Positions 50,121 to 59,838 of a DNA stretch of 64,000 bases are shown here, in pieces. Each line of letters begins with the position of its first letter. The stretch's first letter is position 1. Below the pieces are notes generated by a model. It was not told the DNA's origin and made no database searches. It saw only the letters and a list, made by a program, of their open reading frames with translations. Location: NCBI GenBank assembly GCA_041689615.1, contig JBDNFW010000033.1:258520-322519 (forward strand), read 5' to 3'. Both the position numbers and the translations under genes were made by a program. This DNA is from Gammaproteobacteria bacterium. Its GTDB lineage: Bacteria; Pseudomonadota; Gammaproteobacteria; Eutrophobiales; Eutrophobiaceae.

Positions 50121-50135
50121 TTTTATAAGGTTCCT

Positions 50136-50600
50136 ATGCACAAAATTAAACAGCTCTTATTAGTATCTACCCTATTCTTTTCCTGTTTTGTATCTGCTGA
50201 TGAAAATATTAACATCACAGATGTATGGATTAGTGAAGCGCCACCGACTGTGTCTGTACTGGCTGCTTATGCAACGATTCAGAATACATCGAATGAAGAA
50301 CAAATCTTAACATCGGCAACAAGTCCGATATTTTCAAAAATAGAACTTCATTTAAGTAAAGTCATTGATGAAATGGCAACAATGGAAAAACAAGACTCTC
50401 TGAGAATACCAGCACAAAATTCTATCGAACTATCACCCGGCGCTTTTCATCTCATGTTATTTTATCCAAAAGCCCCATTAAAAGTTGGCGATACAACAAC
50501 AATCACCTTTACCTTTGCCGATGGTACTTCAAACACTGTAGAAGCAACCGTAAAAAAACGAAACAATGATGGCCATGAACACCATGATGGTCATCACTAG
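50136..50600 (+). CDS. periplasmic copper chaperone PCu(A)C (DUF461)
   Basis: 154 aa. Signal peptide. H/M-rich Cu motif region (HLSKVIDEMATM). His-rich C-terminal tail. Confidence 0.65.
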   Translation: MHKIKQLLLVSTLFFSCFVSADENINITDVWISEAPPTVSVLAAYATIQNTSNEEQILTSATSPIFSKIELHLSKVIDEMATMEKQDSLRIPAQNSIELSPGAFHLMLFYPKAPLKVGDTTTITFTFADGTSNTVEATVKKRNNDGHEHHDGHH

Positions 50601-50614
50601 GGCGCTCATTAATT

Positions 50615-51502
50615 ATGTCTTTACTATCATCAATGGCAACTCGACTGCTCGACTACATCAAAGTATTGCCGCTATATTGCATGCCGCAACATGGCTTAAC
50701 CTCGATTGTTTATAAACTAACCAGAATTGAAAATAAACGCTGGAAGAATTTTTTAATCAAGACATTCGTTAAGTACTTTAAAGTCGATATGAGTCAGGCT
50801 ATTTGGCCTAGCGAAGAAGATTATTCTACTTTCAATGCTTTCTTTACCCGACATTTAAAACCCGATGCAAGAAGCTTGAAAAAAGATAAGAGCGTAATCC
50901 TGTCTCCTGTCGATGGTGCCGTCAGTCAAATTGGCATTATTAATAGTGACAAATTAATACAAGCCAAAGGCATTGATTACAGTCTGACACAACTACTAGC
51001 CAATGATGTCGAAGCCGTTAAAACATTTCATGACGGCAATTTCACCACACTCTATCTATCCCCACGCGACTATCACCGAATACACATGCCAGTCAGAGGT
51101 AAATTAATAAAAACCATCTTCGTCCCCGGCGATCTATTCCCCGTTAATAGCGCCAGCGTTAGAACAGTAGATCAACTATTCGCAAGAAACGAACGCTTCA
51201 TCAGCCTATTTGAAACTGAACTAGGACTAGTAGCACAAATCATGGTTGGGGCAACTTTCGTCGGCAGTATGGAAACCGTCTTCGCCGGACAAATCACCCC
51301 AACAAAACACCGGGAAATCAGTATTAAAGAATACGAAGAAGAAGAAAAAACAATCCAACTAAACCAAGCCGAAGAATTCGGCCACTTCAACATGGGCTCA
51401 ACTGTGATTCTATTATTTGAGAAAGATAAAATAACTTGGGAAGAAAAACTAAAAGAAAACGATCCAATCCAAGTTGGGCAAGTAATAGGGAAAAGTAAAT
51501 AG
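50615..51502 (+). CDS. psd: phosphatidylserine decarboxylase proenzyme
   Basis: 295 aa. Self-cleavage motif FNMGST (LGST-type) near the C-terminus. PSD family N-terminus. Confidence 0.85.
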   Translation: MSLLSSMATRLLDYIKVLPLYCMPQHGLTSIVYKLTRIENKRWKNFLIKTFVKYFKVDMSQAIWPSEEDYSTFNAFFTRHLKPDARSLKKDKSVILSPVDGAVSQIGIINSDKLIQAKGIDYSLTQLLANDVEAVKTFHDGNFTTLYLSPRDYHRIHMPVRGKLIKTIFVPGDLFPVNSASVRTVDQLFARNERFISLFETELGLVAQIMVGATFVGSMETVFAGQITPTKHREISIKEYEEEEKTIQLNQAEEFGHFNMGSTVILLFEKDKITWEEKLKENDPIQVGQVIGKSK

Positions 51503-51526
51503 TTAAAAATAGATTCTATAACAATC

Positions 51527-51685
51527 GTTATGCAGCTATTTCAACATAGGATGAACCGCTTATTGGCTCAAGAATCTCATAACCCTCCTTAAGTCCATCA
51601 ATATGAAATGCCATAGCTTCACGCATATTTTTTTCAGTATCCGTGAGAGTGATCCCGGTTGAGACATAACCGTGAAAATACAGAA
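51527..51685 (-). pseudogene. start-less gene remnant (52 codons with no ATG at the frame start; partial product ...GYVSTGITLTDTEKNMREAMAFHIDGLKEGYEILEPISGSSYVEIAA)
   Basis: Open frame with protein-like composition but no start codon, sitting in the psd/DUF454 spacer. I could not identify its family. Confidence 0.25.
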
Positions 51686-51858
51686 ATTATAAGCTGATTA
51701 TTTAGAAAATAACTCGGACAAATCTCGAACTGTAGAATAATAATTCTAGGATAGAACATATATCTTTTTTAATAATCACTAAAGGTTGCACAACTACAGC
51801 CGATAAAATGACCATCGGAAAATAAGATATTTATAAAAAACAAACGGGCGGCAAGTCG

Positions 51859-52302
51859 ATGAATATAATAAATGAAAAAATGAAAACATATTTCTTCTCG
51901 ATTATCGGTTTTATGGCCACGACATTAGGTATTATAGGCTTGTTTTTGCCATTAATGCCTACGACATGTTTCCTAATAGTTGCTGTTTGGGCATTTTCCA
52001 AGTCTAATCCTGAATTAAGTAAAAAAATCCTTCAACATCCACGATTCGGCTCCACTATTAGTAACTGGATGAAATATAAATCGATCGATAGAAAAACGAA
52101 GTGTACGATTAGCTTGTCGATTGTAGTTGGATTTTCAATAACACTATTGATATCAACACCATCATTAATAATAAGTGCACTTCTTATTTCCAGCATGCTA
52201 CTGCTATTGGGATATATAAATACACGACCCCAGTATAACAACAATAGCAATCAGAAACATTTGCATACAATAAGACTATCAACTAAAAAAGTACTAACTT
52301 GA
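51859..52302 (+). CDS. DUF454/YbaN-family inner-membrane protein
   Basis: 147 aa. GLFLPLMPTTCFLIVAVWAFSKSNPEL resembles YbaN. Confidence 0.55.
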   Translation: MNIINEKMKTYFFSIIGFMATTLGIIGLFLPLMPTTCFLIVAVWAFSKSNPELSKKILQHPRFGSTISNWMKYKSIDRKTKCTISLSIVVGFSITLLISTPSLIISALLISSMLLLLGYINTRPQYNNNSNQKHLHTIRLSTKKVLT

Positions 52303-52332
52303 TACAGATAATGAATATATCTGTTAACCTAA

Positions 52333-52462
52333 TAATGCCGACAAACACAAAGCCATCAACGCATTAGGCGCCAATCCCAATAACACTAAATCAAGCCGAA
52401 GAATTCGGCCACTTCAACATGGGCTCAACCGTCATCCTATTATTCGAGAAAGATAAAATAAG
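52333..52462. other. chimeric duplication scar: about 54 bp copy of the nuoN 3' end (matches 53180-53233) joined to about 76 bp copy of the psd 3' end (matches 51364-51439)
   Basis: Alignment by eye gives about 53/54 and about 70/76 identities. The junction lies at cccaataaca|ctaaatcaagcc. Confidence 0.8.
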
Positions 52463-52505
52463 CAAGGACAGGAAGACTAATTATCCAATATAAAATAAAC
52501 AAACT

Positions 52506-52805
52506 TTATGCTGCATGAGGAACAACTTCTTTATCCAACCGTTTACTTAAATCCACTTCAGCTTTCTGTAAATCAAAACGAGATTGCAGATTCAACCAAA
52601 ATTGCGCTTCCATTTTAAAGTATCGGCCTAATCGAAGTGCCGTATCTGCTGTAATAGAACGCTTTCCCTGGGTAATTTCACTAATACGGCGTTGAGGTAC
52701 ACTTATGTTTTTCGCTAAACGGTATTGAGATATTTCCATAGGCTGTAAAAATTCTTCAAGCAGAATTTCGCCGGGATGAATAGGTTGAAAGTCTCTTTTA
52801 GTCAT
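52506..52805 (-). CDS. higA: HigA antitoxin (XRE-family HTH)
   Basis: 99 aa. YRLAKNISVPQRRISEITQGKRSITADTALRLGRYF HTH motif. Confidence 0.8.
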   Translation of the reverse strand: MTKRDFQPIHPGEILLEEFLQPMEISQYRLAKNISVPQRRISEITQGKRSITADTALRLGRYFKMEAQFWLNLQSRFDLQKAEVDLSKRLDKEVVPHAA

Positions 52806-52814
52806 TTTACACCT

Positions 52815-53096
52815 CTAATGATAATCAATTATTTCCAAATCGTAAGCATCACCATTCTTCCATGTAAAGCATAGACGCCATTGGTCATTAATACGAATGC
52901 TATGTTGCCCGGATCGCTTACCTTTAAGTTTCTCAAGTCGGTTAGCCGGTGGTATTTTCAATGATTTCAATTGGCTAGCTGCATGCAACATTTCAAGTTT
53001 TCTTGCTGCAATTCGTTGTAGATTATTCGGCAGTCTTCTAAAAAATAAACCATTGAATATGCGCTCAGTTTCTCGACATTTGAATGACTTAATCAC
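52815..53096 (-). CDS. higB: HigB toxin (RelE/ParE superfamily, plasmid-maintenance killer)
   Basis: 93 aa. IKSFKC...PPANRLEKLKGKRSGQHSIRINDQWRLCFTW...EIIDYH matches the HigB family consensus. Confidence 0.85.
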   Translation of the reverse strand: MIKSFKCRETERIFNGLFFRRLPNNLQRIAARKLEMLHAASQLKSLKIPPANRLEKLKGKRSGQHSIRINDQWRLCFTWKNGDAYDLEIIDYH

Positions 53097-53170
53097 TCTA
53101 TAATACTAACGTTTCTCGTTAGTATTATCAAGTGATAGTACTATGAATAAAAATGAAGTAGAAAGAAATA

Positions 53171-54601
53171 TTAACCAGCTAATGCCGACAAACACAAAGC
53201 CATCAACGCATTAGGCGCCAAGCCCAATAACAAGATCAACAATCCATTAACACTTAATACCATTCGCATTTGCTTAGATGCTTTAATCGCTGTCATCGAA
53301 TCTGCTTTATCAAAATACATCAGCTTAACTATACGCAAGTAGTAGTAAGCCCCGATAATAGAAAAGACTACGGCAACGGCAGCTAGGGTTACAAAACCCG
53401 ATGCCACCAGTTCTTTTAAGACAAACCATTTTGACCAGAAGCCAAGAAACGGTGGAACACCTGCCATTGAAAACATTAGACACAACATAATAAAAGCAAA
53501 CCAGGGACTACGGTCTGACAGGCCTTTAAAGTCATCCAGCATTTCAGCTTCAAAACTATTTCGACTTAACAGGATAATCATACCAAACGCACCCATGCTC
53601 ATTAGCGCATAGCTGATAATATAAAACATCGAACCGGAAAAACCGGTACCTGTTCCTGCAATAAGGCCGAGGAATAAAAATCCAACATGTGCAATCGTTG
53701 AATAAGCCAACATGCGTTTTATATTTGTCTGGGCTATAGCAATGATGTTACCGAGGCCCATTGATAGAACAGCAAGTATCATTAAGATTGACTGCCAGTC
53801 AGAAATTAATGGAAACAAACCATCAACCAATACACGCATTGCCATAGCAAAGGCCGCAAGTTTTGGAGCGGTACTAATGAACAAGGTTACTGAGGTTGGC
53901 GCACCTTGATAAACATCGGGTACCCACATATGAAATGGTGCAGCACCTAATTTGAATGCTATTCCAATAATCATAAAGATCATGCCAAAGACAAGATAGG
54001 AACGATTAATAGAATCACTGCTTGCCGCTTCAGCGATACTAGCTAATTGTAAATGTCCGGTAAGTCCATAAATCATTGAAATACCATATAACAACATACC
54101 CGATGCCAAGGCACCGAGAATAAAATATTTCATCGCCGCTTCAGAGGCTGATTCGGAATCACGTTGCATGGCAACCATGGCATACAAAGACAGTGATAAT
54201 AATTCCAGACCAAGATACACAGATAAAAGACTCGCAGCAGAAGCCATAATCATCATGCCAAGTACCGCAAATAATCCCAGGACAAAGTATTCGCCTTTTA
54301 GAGATCGTTGTTCTTTCAGGTATTCATAGGAATAAAGAAAAACAAAGAAGGTAATACCACACATAAAGGCTTTGAGCGTCGCACTCATGGCATCACTAAT
54401 AAAACCATTATTAAATGCATATGCAACATCAGTTGGAAAGTTATTCAACACTAATACTAGTGTGATTAACAAAGTTGCCTGAGTAACCCAGTATGTTAAT
54501 GAATGTAGTGGGTCTTTATTAAAGGCATCGACAATCAATACCAGACACGCTAAAGCAAATAAGGTGATTTCGGGTATAGCCAGTATTAAGTCAGCATTCA
54601 T
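53171..54601 (-). CDS. nuoN: NADH-quinone oxidoreductase subunit N
   Basis: 476 aa. Last gene of the nuo operon. Confidence 0.9.
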   Translation of the reverse strand: MNADLILAIPEITLFALACLVLIVDAFNKDPLHSLTYWVTQATLLITLVLVLNNFPTDVAYAFNNGFISDAMSATLKAFMCGITFFVFLYSYEYLKEQRSLKGEYFVLGLFAVLGMMIMASAASLLSVYLGLELLSLSLYAMVAMQRDSESASEAAMKYFILGALASGMLLYGISMIYGLTGHLQLASIAEAASSDSINRSYLVFGMIFMIIGIAFKLGAAPFHMWVPDVYQGAPTSVTLFISTAPKLAAFAMAMRVLVDGLFPLISDWQSILMILAVLSMGLGNIIAIAQTNIKRMLAYSTIAHVGFLFLGLIAGTGTGFSGSMFYIISYALMSMGAFGMIILLSRNSFEAEMLDDFKGLSDRSPWFAFIMLCLMFSMAGVPPFLGFWSKWFVLKELVASGFVTLAAVAVVFSIIGAYYYLRIVKLMYFDKADSMTAIKASKQMRMVLSVNGLLILLLGLAPNALMALCLSALAG

Positions 54602-56118
54602 AAAATTTTACTCTGCAATACATGTTTAATCAGTTCTTCTACAGTCACATGCATAACATCAAAGATAGGTGCAGGCCAAACACCGAACATTATGACAACA
54701 ATAGCTAACATAAAGAGAATAAAACCTTCTCTACTGTTAATGTCTTTTAACTCAGCGACGTCTTCTTTGGTAACATCGCCGAAGATCACCCGTTTGTACA
54801 TCCATAAACTATAAGCTGCACCAAGGATTAATGTTAATGCCGCAGTAAAGGCAATCCAGAAACTGGCTTTGAAACTACTCAGTATCACCAGAAATTCGCC
54901 AACAAAACCTGAAGTTCCGGGCAATCCTGAATTAGCCAGAACAAAGAGCATCATAAAAGCCGCGAAGTAAGGCATGCTATTAACCACACCACCATAGTCT
55001 TTAATCATTCGGCTGTGTAAACGATCGTACATCACACCAACGCAAAGAAACATGGCGGCTGAAATAAAACCATGAGAAATCATTTGCATCATGGCGCCTT
55101 CCATCCCCATGATTGCACCTGAATCTGACCCTGTAGCTGCAACAATCGCGAAAGGAATAAAGAAACCCAGTGTGACAAAACCCATATGTGATATTGATGA
55201 GTAAGCAATTAACTTTTTCATATCTTCCTGAACCAGTGCCACAAAGCCGATATAAACAATTGCTATTAATGAAAGAACAATCATTGCATCACTAAAAAAT
55301 AAACTGGCATCTGGTGTAATCGGCAAACTAAATCTGAGAAAACCATAACCACCCATCTTCAACATAATGGCAGCAAGCACCACTGAACCACCGGTTGGTG
55401 CTTCAACATGCGCATCCGGCAACCAGGTATGTACTGGCCACATGGGGATCTTCACAGCAAAGGCCAGAAAGAACGCAATAAAGATAAGTTTTTGAGCTGA
55501 TAAACTTAGCGGAACATCATGTAAAGCTTCAATATTAAAACTACCTGCTACGGAATACAGATAGAGAAAAGCGACTAGCATAAAGACCGAACCCAGGAAG
55601 GTATAAAGAAAAAACTTTATTGTAGCGTAAACTCGGTTTGGCCCACCCCAAATACCAATGATTAAAAACATCGGTATCAACATTGCTTCCCAGAACACAT
55701 AAAACAAGATGACATCGAGTGCGATAAAAACCGCATTCATTAATCCAGTAAGAATTAAAAAGGCACACATATAATAAGAAATGCGTTTCTCTATCACTTC
55801 CCATGAAGCCAGAATAACAAGTATTGTAGTGAACGTGGTCAGCAAGATTAATGGCAAGGCAATACCATCAACACCAAGATGATATTTAATATTAAATGCA
55901 CTTATCCATTCCGTCTCTTCAACAAACTGCATACCGGAATAAGAGATATCAAATTGACAATACAACATAATAGAAAAAACAAAGGTAATAATAGAAACAG
56001 CAAGCGAAAAGTATTTCACCGTTTCTTCCTGACGATCACCCGCAATCAAAACCCAGATGCCACCGAGTATCGGTGTCCAGATAAGCATACTTAATAAAGG
56101 TAAATTACTTAATGTCAT
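54598..56118 (-). CDS. nuoM: NADH-quinone oxidoreductase subunit M
   Basis: 506 aa. WLPDAHVEAPTGGS motif. Confidence 0.9.
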   Translation of the reverse strand: MTLSNLPLLSMLIWTPILGGIWVLIAGDRQEETVKYFSLAVSIITFVFSIMLYCQFDISYSGMQFVEETEWISAFNIKYHLGVDGIALPLILLTTFTTILVILASWEVIEKRISYYMCAFLILTGLMNAVFIALDVILFYVFWEAMLIPMFLIIGIWGGPNRVYATIKFFLYTFLGSVFMLVAFLYLYSVAGSFNIEALHDVPLSLSAQKLIFIAFFLAFAVKIPMWPVHTWLPDAHVEAPTGGSVVLAAIMLKMGGYGFLRFSLPITPDASLFFSDAMIVLSLIAIVYIGFVALVQEDMKKLIAYSSISHMGFVTLGFFIPFAIVAATGSDSGAIMGMEGAMMQMISHGFISAAMFLCVGVMYDRLHSRMIKDYGGVVNSMPYFAAFMMLFVLANSGLPGTSGFVGEFLVILSSFKASFWIAFTAALTLILGAAYSLWMYKRVIFGDVTKEDVAELKDINSREGFILFMLAIVVIMFGVWPAPIFDVMHVTVEELIKHVLQSKIL

Positions 56119-56140
56119 GTGTTTATTCTTTAATAAATAA

Positions 56141-58117
56141 TTAGTTCAATATTCCATGTACAAATACGCCAAGCAGTACAAGCAAACCGATAATGATGGC
56201 AAAGGCATAATCATAGAGATAACCCGTCTGTATCTTGCGGACAACACTTGAAATAATTCCGACACTTCGTGCAGTACCGTTAACAAACAAACCATCAATA
56301 ATTTTCTCATCACCAATTTTCCAAAGCAGCTGCCCTATTTCTCTTGTACCTCTGGCAAAAACCAGTTGATTAAAATCATCAAAACCATATTTGTTGAGTA
56401 AAATTTTATGAATAAATCCGGTCTTACTCACGATCTTGGCTGGCAGTTCCGGAAACTTGATGTAACAAAGCCATGCAACGAATATTCCTGAGGACATTAA
56501 AATAAGAACCAGAGGATGTTGAATAGAATGCATCAAAAATCCGCCTATACCATGATAGTTGTGCCCCATTTCTGCCAACACATCATGTTCGGAAGCTACA
56601 TAAATAGCGTCGCCAAAATAGCCACCGAATAACATCGGACCAATTAAAAATGCACCTAATATTAATGAAGGTATTGCCAGGATTGATAAAGGCACGGTAA
56701 CGACAGCTGGTGCTTCATGCAAATGCTTCCATGTTTCGATATCCATTCTTTGCTCGCCATGAAAGGTCATAAAAAGTAAACGAAAGCTATATAAGGCCGT
56801 GATGAATACACCAATCAGAACAGAGTAGTAAGCGAACTGCGCGCCATATAATGAAGAGTGATGAACTGCTTCAATAATCGCATCTTTGGAAAAGAAACCC
56901 GAAGTACCGGGAAAACCAATCAATGCCAGAGTACCAAAGAAGCAGGTTATCCAGGTAATCGGCATGGCTTTATATAAGCCACCCATTTTTCGCATATCCT
57001 GTTCGTGATGCATAACAATAATCACTGCACCTGCGGCCAGGAATAATAATGCTTTAAAGAAAGCATGTGTCACTAGATGAAACATTGCTGCCGCATAAGC
57101 TGAAGCACCTAAAGCAACCGTCATATAACCGAGTTGCGACAAGGTTGAGTAAGCAACAACACGTTTAATATCGTTTTGCACCAGACCAAGAAAGCCCATA
57201 AACAGCGCAGTAATCGAGCCAATGATTAAAATAAAACTGAGTGCGGTTTCTGATAATTCAAATAACGGTGACATCCTCGATACCATAAAGATACCAGCAG
57301 TCACCATAGTTGCGGCATGGATTAATGCAGAGATAGGTGTTGGACCTTCCATTGAATCAGGTAGCCAAACATGTAATGGGACTTGTGCTGATTTACCCAT
57401 CGCACCGATAAATAGACAGATACATATTACTGTCATTAATGACCAGGGCTCGTTACCAAAAATTGTTATTGTTGTTTCTGCATGTCGTCCAACATCGGCA
57501 AAGACAGTCGCATAATCTAATGAATTGAAATACATTAGTACTGCGGCAATACCCAGTAGAAAACCAAAGTCACCTACTCTGTTCACTAAAAAGGCTTTCA
57601 TATTAGCGAAGATGGCTGTTTCTTTTTTGTACCAGAAACCAATCAATAAATATGAAATAACCCCCACTGCTTCCCAACCGAAAAATAACTGTAGGAAGTT
57701 ATTCGACATCACCAGCATCAACATGGCAAAGGTAAACATGGAGATATAACTAAAAAAACGTTGATAGCCCGGATCATCATGCATGTAACCAATGGTATAT
57801 ATATGGATCATCCAGGAAACAAAGGTCACAACAACCATCATCGTTACAGAAAGTGGATCAATCAAAAATCCAATTTGAAAATCAATGCCGCCACTACTTA
57901 ACCATGTGTATAGCGCCTGATTGTACACGGCAGCTCCATCAAACATATGATGTTTATAAGCCACCATAGAAAGAATACTAGAGACTGCCACACCAATGAT
58001 AGTGACCCAATGCGCGCCACTTCTTCCAATCACTTTGCCAAACAAACCCGCGATCAAAGAACCAACTAACGGTGCTAGCACAATGATTAAATAAATTGTT
58101 TCCATGTTCTCAAACAT
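56141..58117 (-). CDS. nuoL: NADH-quinone oxidoreductase subunit L
   Basis: 658 aa. WLPDSMEGPTPISALIHAATMVTAG motif. Confidence 0.9.
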   Translation of the reverse strand: MFENMETIYLIIVLAPLVGSLIAGLFGKVIGRSGAHWVTIIGVAVSSILSMVAYKHHMFDGAAVYNQALYTWLSSGGIDFQIGFLIDPLSVTMMVVVTFVSWMIHIYTIGYMHDDPGYQRFFSYISMFTFAMLMLVMSNNFLQLFFGWEAVGVISYLLIGFWYKKETAIFANMKAFLVNRVGDFGFLLGIAAVLMYFNSLDYATVFADVGRHAETTITIFGNEPWSLMTVICICLFIGAMGKSAQVPLHVWLPDSMEGPTPISALIHAATMVTAGIFMVSRMSPLFELSETALSFILIIGSITALFMGFLGLVQNDIKRVVAYSTLSQLGYMTVALGASAYAAAMFHLVTHAFFKALLFLAAGAVIIVMHHEQDMRKMGGLYKAMPITWITCFFGTLALIGFPGTSGFFSKDAIIEAVHHSSLYGAQFAYYSVLIGVFITALYSFRLLFMTFHGEQRMDIETWKHLHEAPAVVTVPLSILAIPSLILGAFLIGPMLFGGYFGDAIYVASEHDVLAEMGHNYHGIGGFLMHSIQHPLVLILMSSGIFVAWLCYIKFPELPAKIVSKTGFIHKILLNKYGFDDFNQLVFARGTREIGQLLWKIGDEKIIDGLFVNGTARSVGIISSVVRKIQTGYLYDYAFAIIIGLLVLLGVFVHGILN

Positions 58118-58363
58118 GAGTAACCCGTAAATTGTATAAGTTGCCGAAATGATAGCGCTGTGTTGGTGCGAACATGAGCGTGCTCACGACCGTAATCATA
58201 GCAGTAGCTATGGTGAAGGGAGTATGTGCGCTCATGGCGTGCCAAAACAAGCTAGCACTCGGCAAACATAATTTCCTGCCATTTCGATTTTCACCATATT
58301 TATAAAATATTAGATTCATAATTTTTTAAAAATTGTTCATATGTACTTGTGCAATTTACGGGT
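58118..58363. mobile_element. MITE-like element of about 246 bp inserted exactly between the nuoK stop and the nuoL start, with about 20-bp terminal inverted repeats (AACCCGTAAATTGtAtAAGT / ACTTgTgCAATTTACGGGTT)
   Basis: The terminal inverted repeats match 19/21. There is an internal 8-bp stem (CATGAGCG/CGCTCATG). nuoK-nuoL are normally adjacent, and the 69-aa ORF inside is not credible. Confidence 0.55.
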
Positions 58364-58669
58364 TTAACCCTTCATTGTTCCAAGATCATCAACATTGATA
58401 GAATTTTTCTTACGGAATAAAACGATGAGAATAGCCAAACCAATCGCAGATTCAGCTGCAGCCACCGTCAATATAAAAAAGACAAATACTTGTCCATGAA
58501 TATCGCCAAGAAAATGAGAAAAAGCGATAAAGTTCATGTTCACGGAAAGCAACATCAATTCAACACACATTAGTAATATAAGAATGTTTTTTCTATTTAG
58601 AAAAATACCTGCAACACTGATACAAAATAACAGTGCTGCTAATGATAAGACTTCAGGTAAAGTAATCAT
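58364..58669 (-). CDS. nuoK: NADH-quinone oxidoreductase subunit K
   Basis: 101 aa, 3 TM. Confidence 0.9.
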   Translation of the reverse strand: MITLPEVLSLAALLFCISVAGIFLNRKNILILLMCVELMLLSVNMNFIAFSHFLGDIHGQVFVFFILTVAAAESAIGLAILIVLFRKKNSINVDDLGTMKG

Positions 58670-59289
58670 GCATCTGATTCCCCATTCTTTGCCTTAGGCT
58701 CTGATTGCATTTTGATGATACGTAAACGATCCTTCTTTTTAACAAACACTTGCTTATTCGGATTGATTGATTTGTTTATTTTCAATTTACTCATGCCCAA
58801 GGTAATTGCCGCAATAATTGCCACTAACAAAATGGCGCCGGCAATCTCAAACTGAAAAAGATATTGCGTATAAATCGCTATACCCAGTTCTCGTGCATTA
58901 CTGTAATTCGGGTCAAGTTGTGGTGTTGCTGTATAACGTTCAGATAAAAAGTAATCCGAACCAACAACCAATCCCATTGAGATCACCATTAATACCGCGA
59001 CGATAATACCGGCCGGCAAATAGCGTGCGAATCCTTCCTTCACAGTCACCTGATTAATATCCAGCATCATGACAACAAAAATAAACAACACCATTACCGC
59101 ACCGACATAAACCAGCACCAATGTTATTGCCAAAAATTCTGCTTCTAATAACAACCAGATTGCAGATGATGCAAAAAACGAAAGAATAAGAAACAAAGCA
59201 GCATGAATCGGATTACGCACAACCACGACCATTGATGCTGAGAAGATCAACATACCCGCAAAAAGATAAAAAATAATTTGCTCAATCAT
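58666..59289 (-). CDS. nuoJ: NADH-quinone oxidoreductase subunit J
   Basis: 207 aa. Confidence 0.85.
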   Translation of the reverse strand: MIEQIIFYLFAGMLIFSASMVVVVRNPIHAALFLILSFFASSAIWLLLEAEFLAITLVLVYVGAVMVLFIFVVMMLDINQVTVKEGFARYLPAGIIVAVLMVISMGLVVGSDYFLSERYTATPQLDPNYSNARELGIAIYTQYLFQFEIAGAILLVAIIAAITLGMSKLKINKSINPNKQVFVKKKDRLRIIKMQSEPKAKNGESDA

Positions 59290-59344
59290 TCGCTATATCT
59301 CTTTTTTTCTTTAAACATTTTTCTATCATAATCACACTTTATAT

Positions 59345-59836
59345 TTATCGATAAAAAGCATCTCTGGCACGGTCTTCGGCAATCTGTTTTTCTTCCCTAT
59401 CACCTACTGCTAACAACTTTTCTTTGGTCATCAATAAGTCATCGCGATTTTCACCGTGGTATTCGAATATTCTTGTTTCAACGATGGCATCAACCGGACA
59501 TGATTCTTCACAAAAACCACAAAAGATACATTTAGCCAGATCAATATCGTATTTCGTTGTACGTCGACTTCCATCATCACGTGCTTCAGATTCAATCGTA
59601 ATGGCTACAGCCGGACAAACAGCTTCACATAACTTGCAAGCAATACAACGTTCTTCACCATTAGGATAACGACGTAAAGCATGTAATCCACGGAAACGAT
59701 GTGACTGTGGTGTTTTTTCTTCCGGGTATTGCACGGTAACTTTTCGTTTAAACATATACCGTCCGGTAAGCTGTAAACCTTTTAACAGTTCCCAAAGAAA
59801 CAAGCTTTGAATGTAATTTTTAATATTATTCATCAT
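59345..59836 (-). CDS. nuoI: NADH-quinone oxidoreductase subunit I (2x[4Fe-4S] ferredoxin)
   Basis: 163 aa. Two CxxCxxCxxxCP motifs. Confidence 0.9.
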   Translation of the reverse strand: MMNNIKNYIQSLFLWELLKGLQLTGRYMFKRKVTVQYPEEKTPQSHRFRGLHALRRYPNGEERCIACKLCEAVCPAVAITIESEARDDGSRRTTKYDIDLAKCIFCGFCEESCPVDAIVETRIFEYHGENRDDLLMTKEKLLAVGDREEKQIAEDRARDAFYR

Positions 59837-59838
59837 AA

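Noticed and set aside
58110-58319. 69-aa minus-strand ORF overlapping the nuoL start
   Set aside because: It lies wholly inside the MITE-like insertion, overlaps the nuoL start codon region, and has no recognisable motifs.
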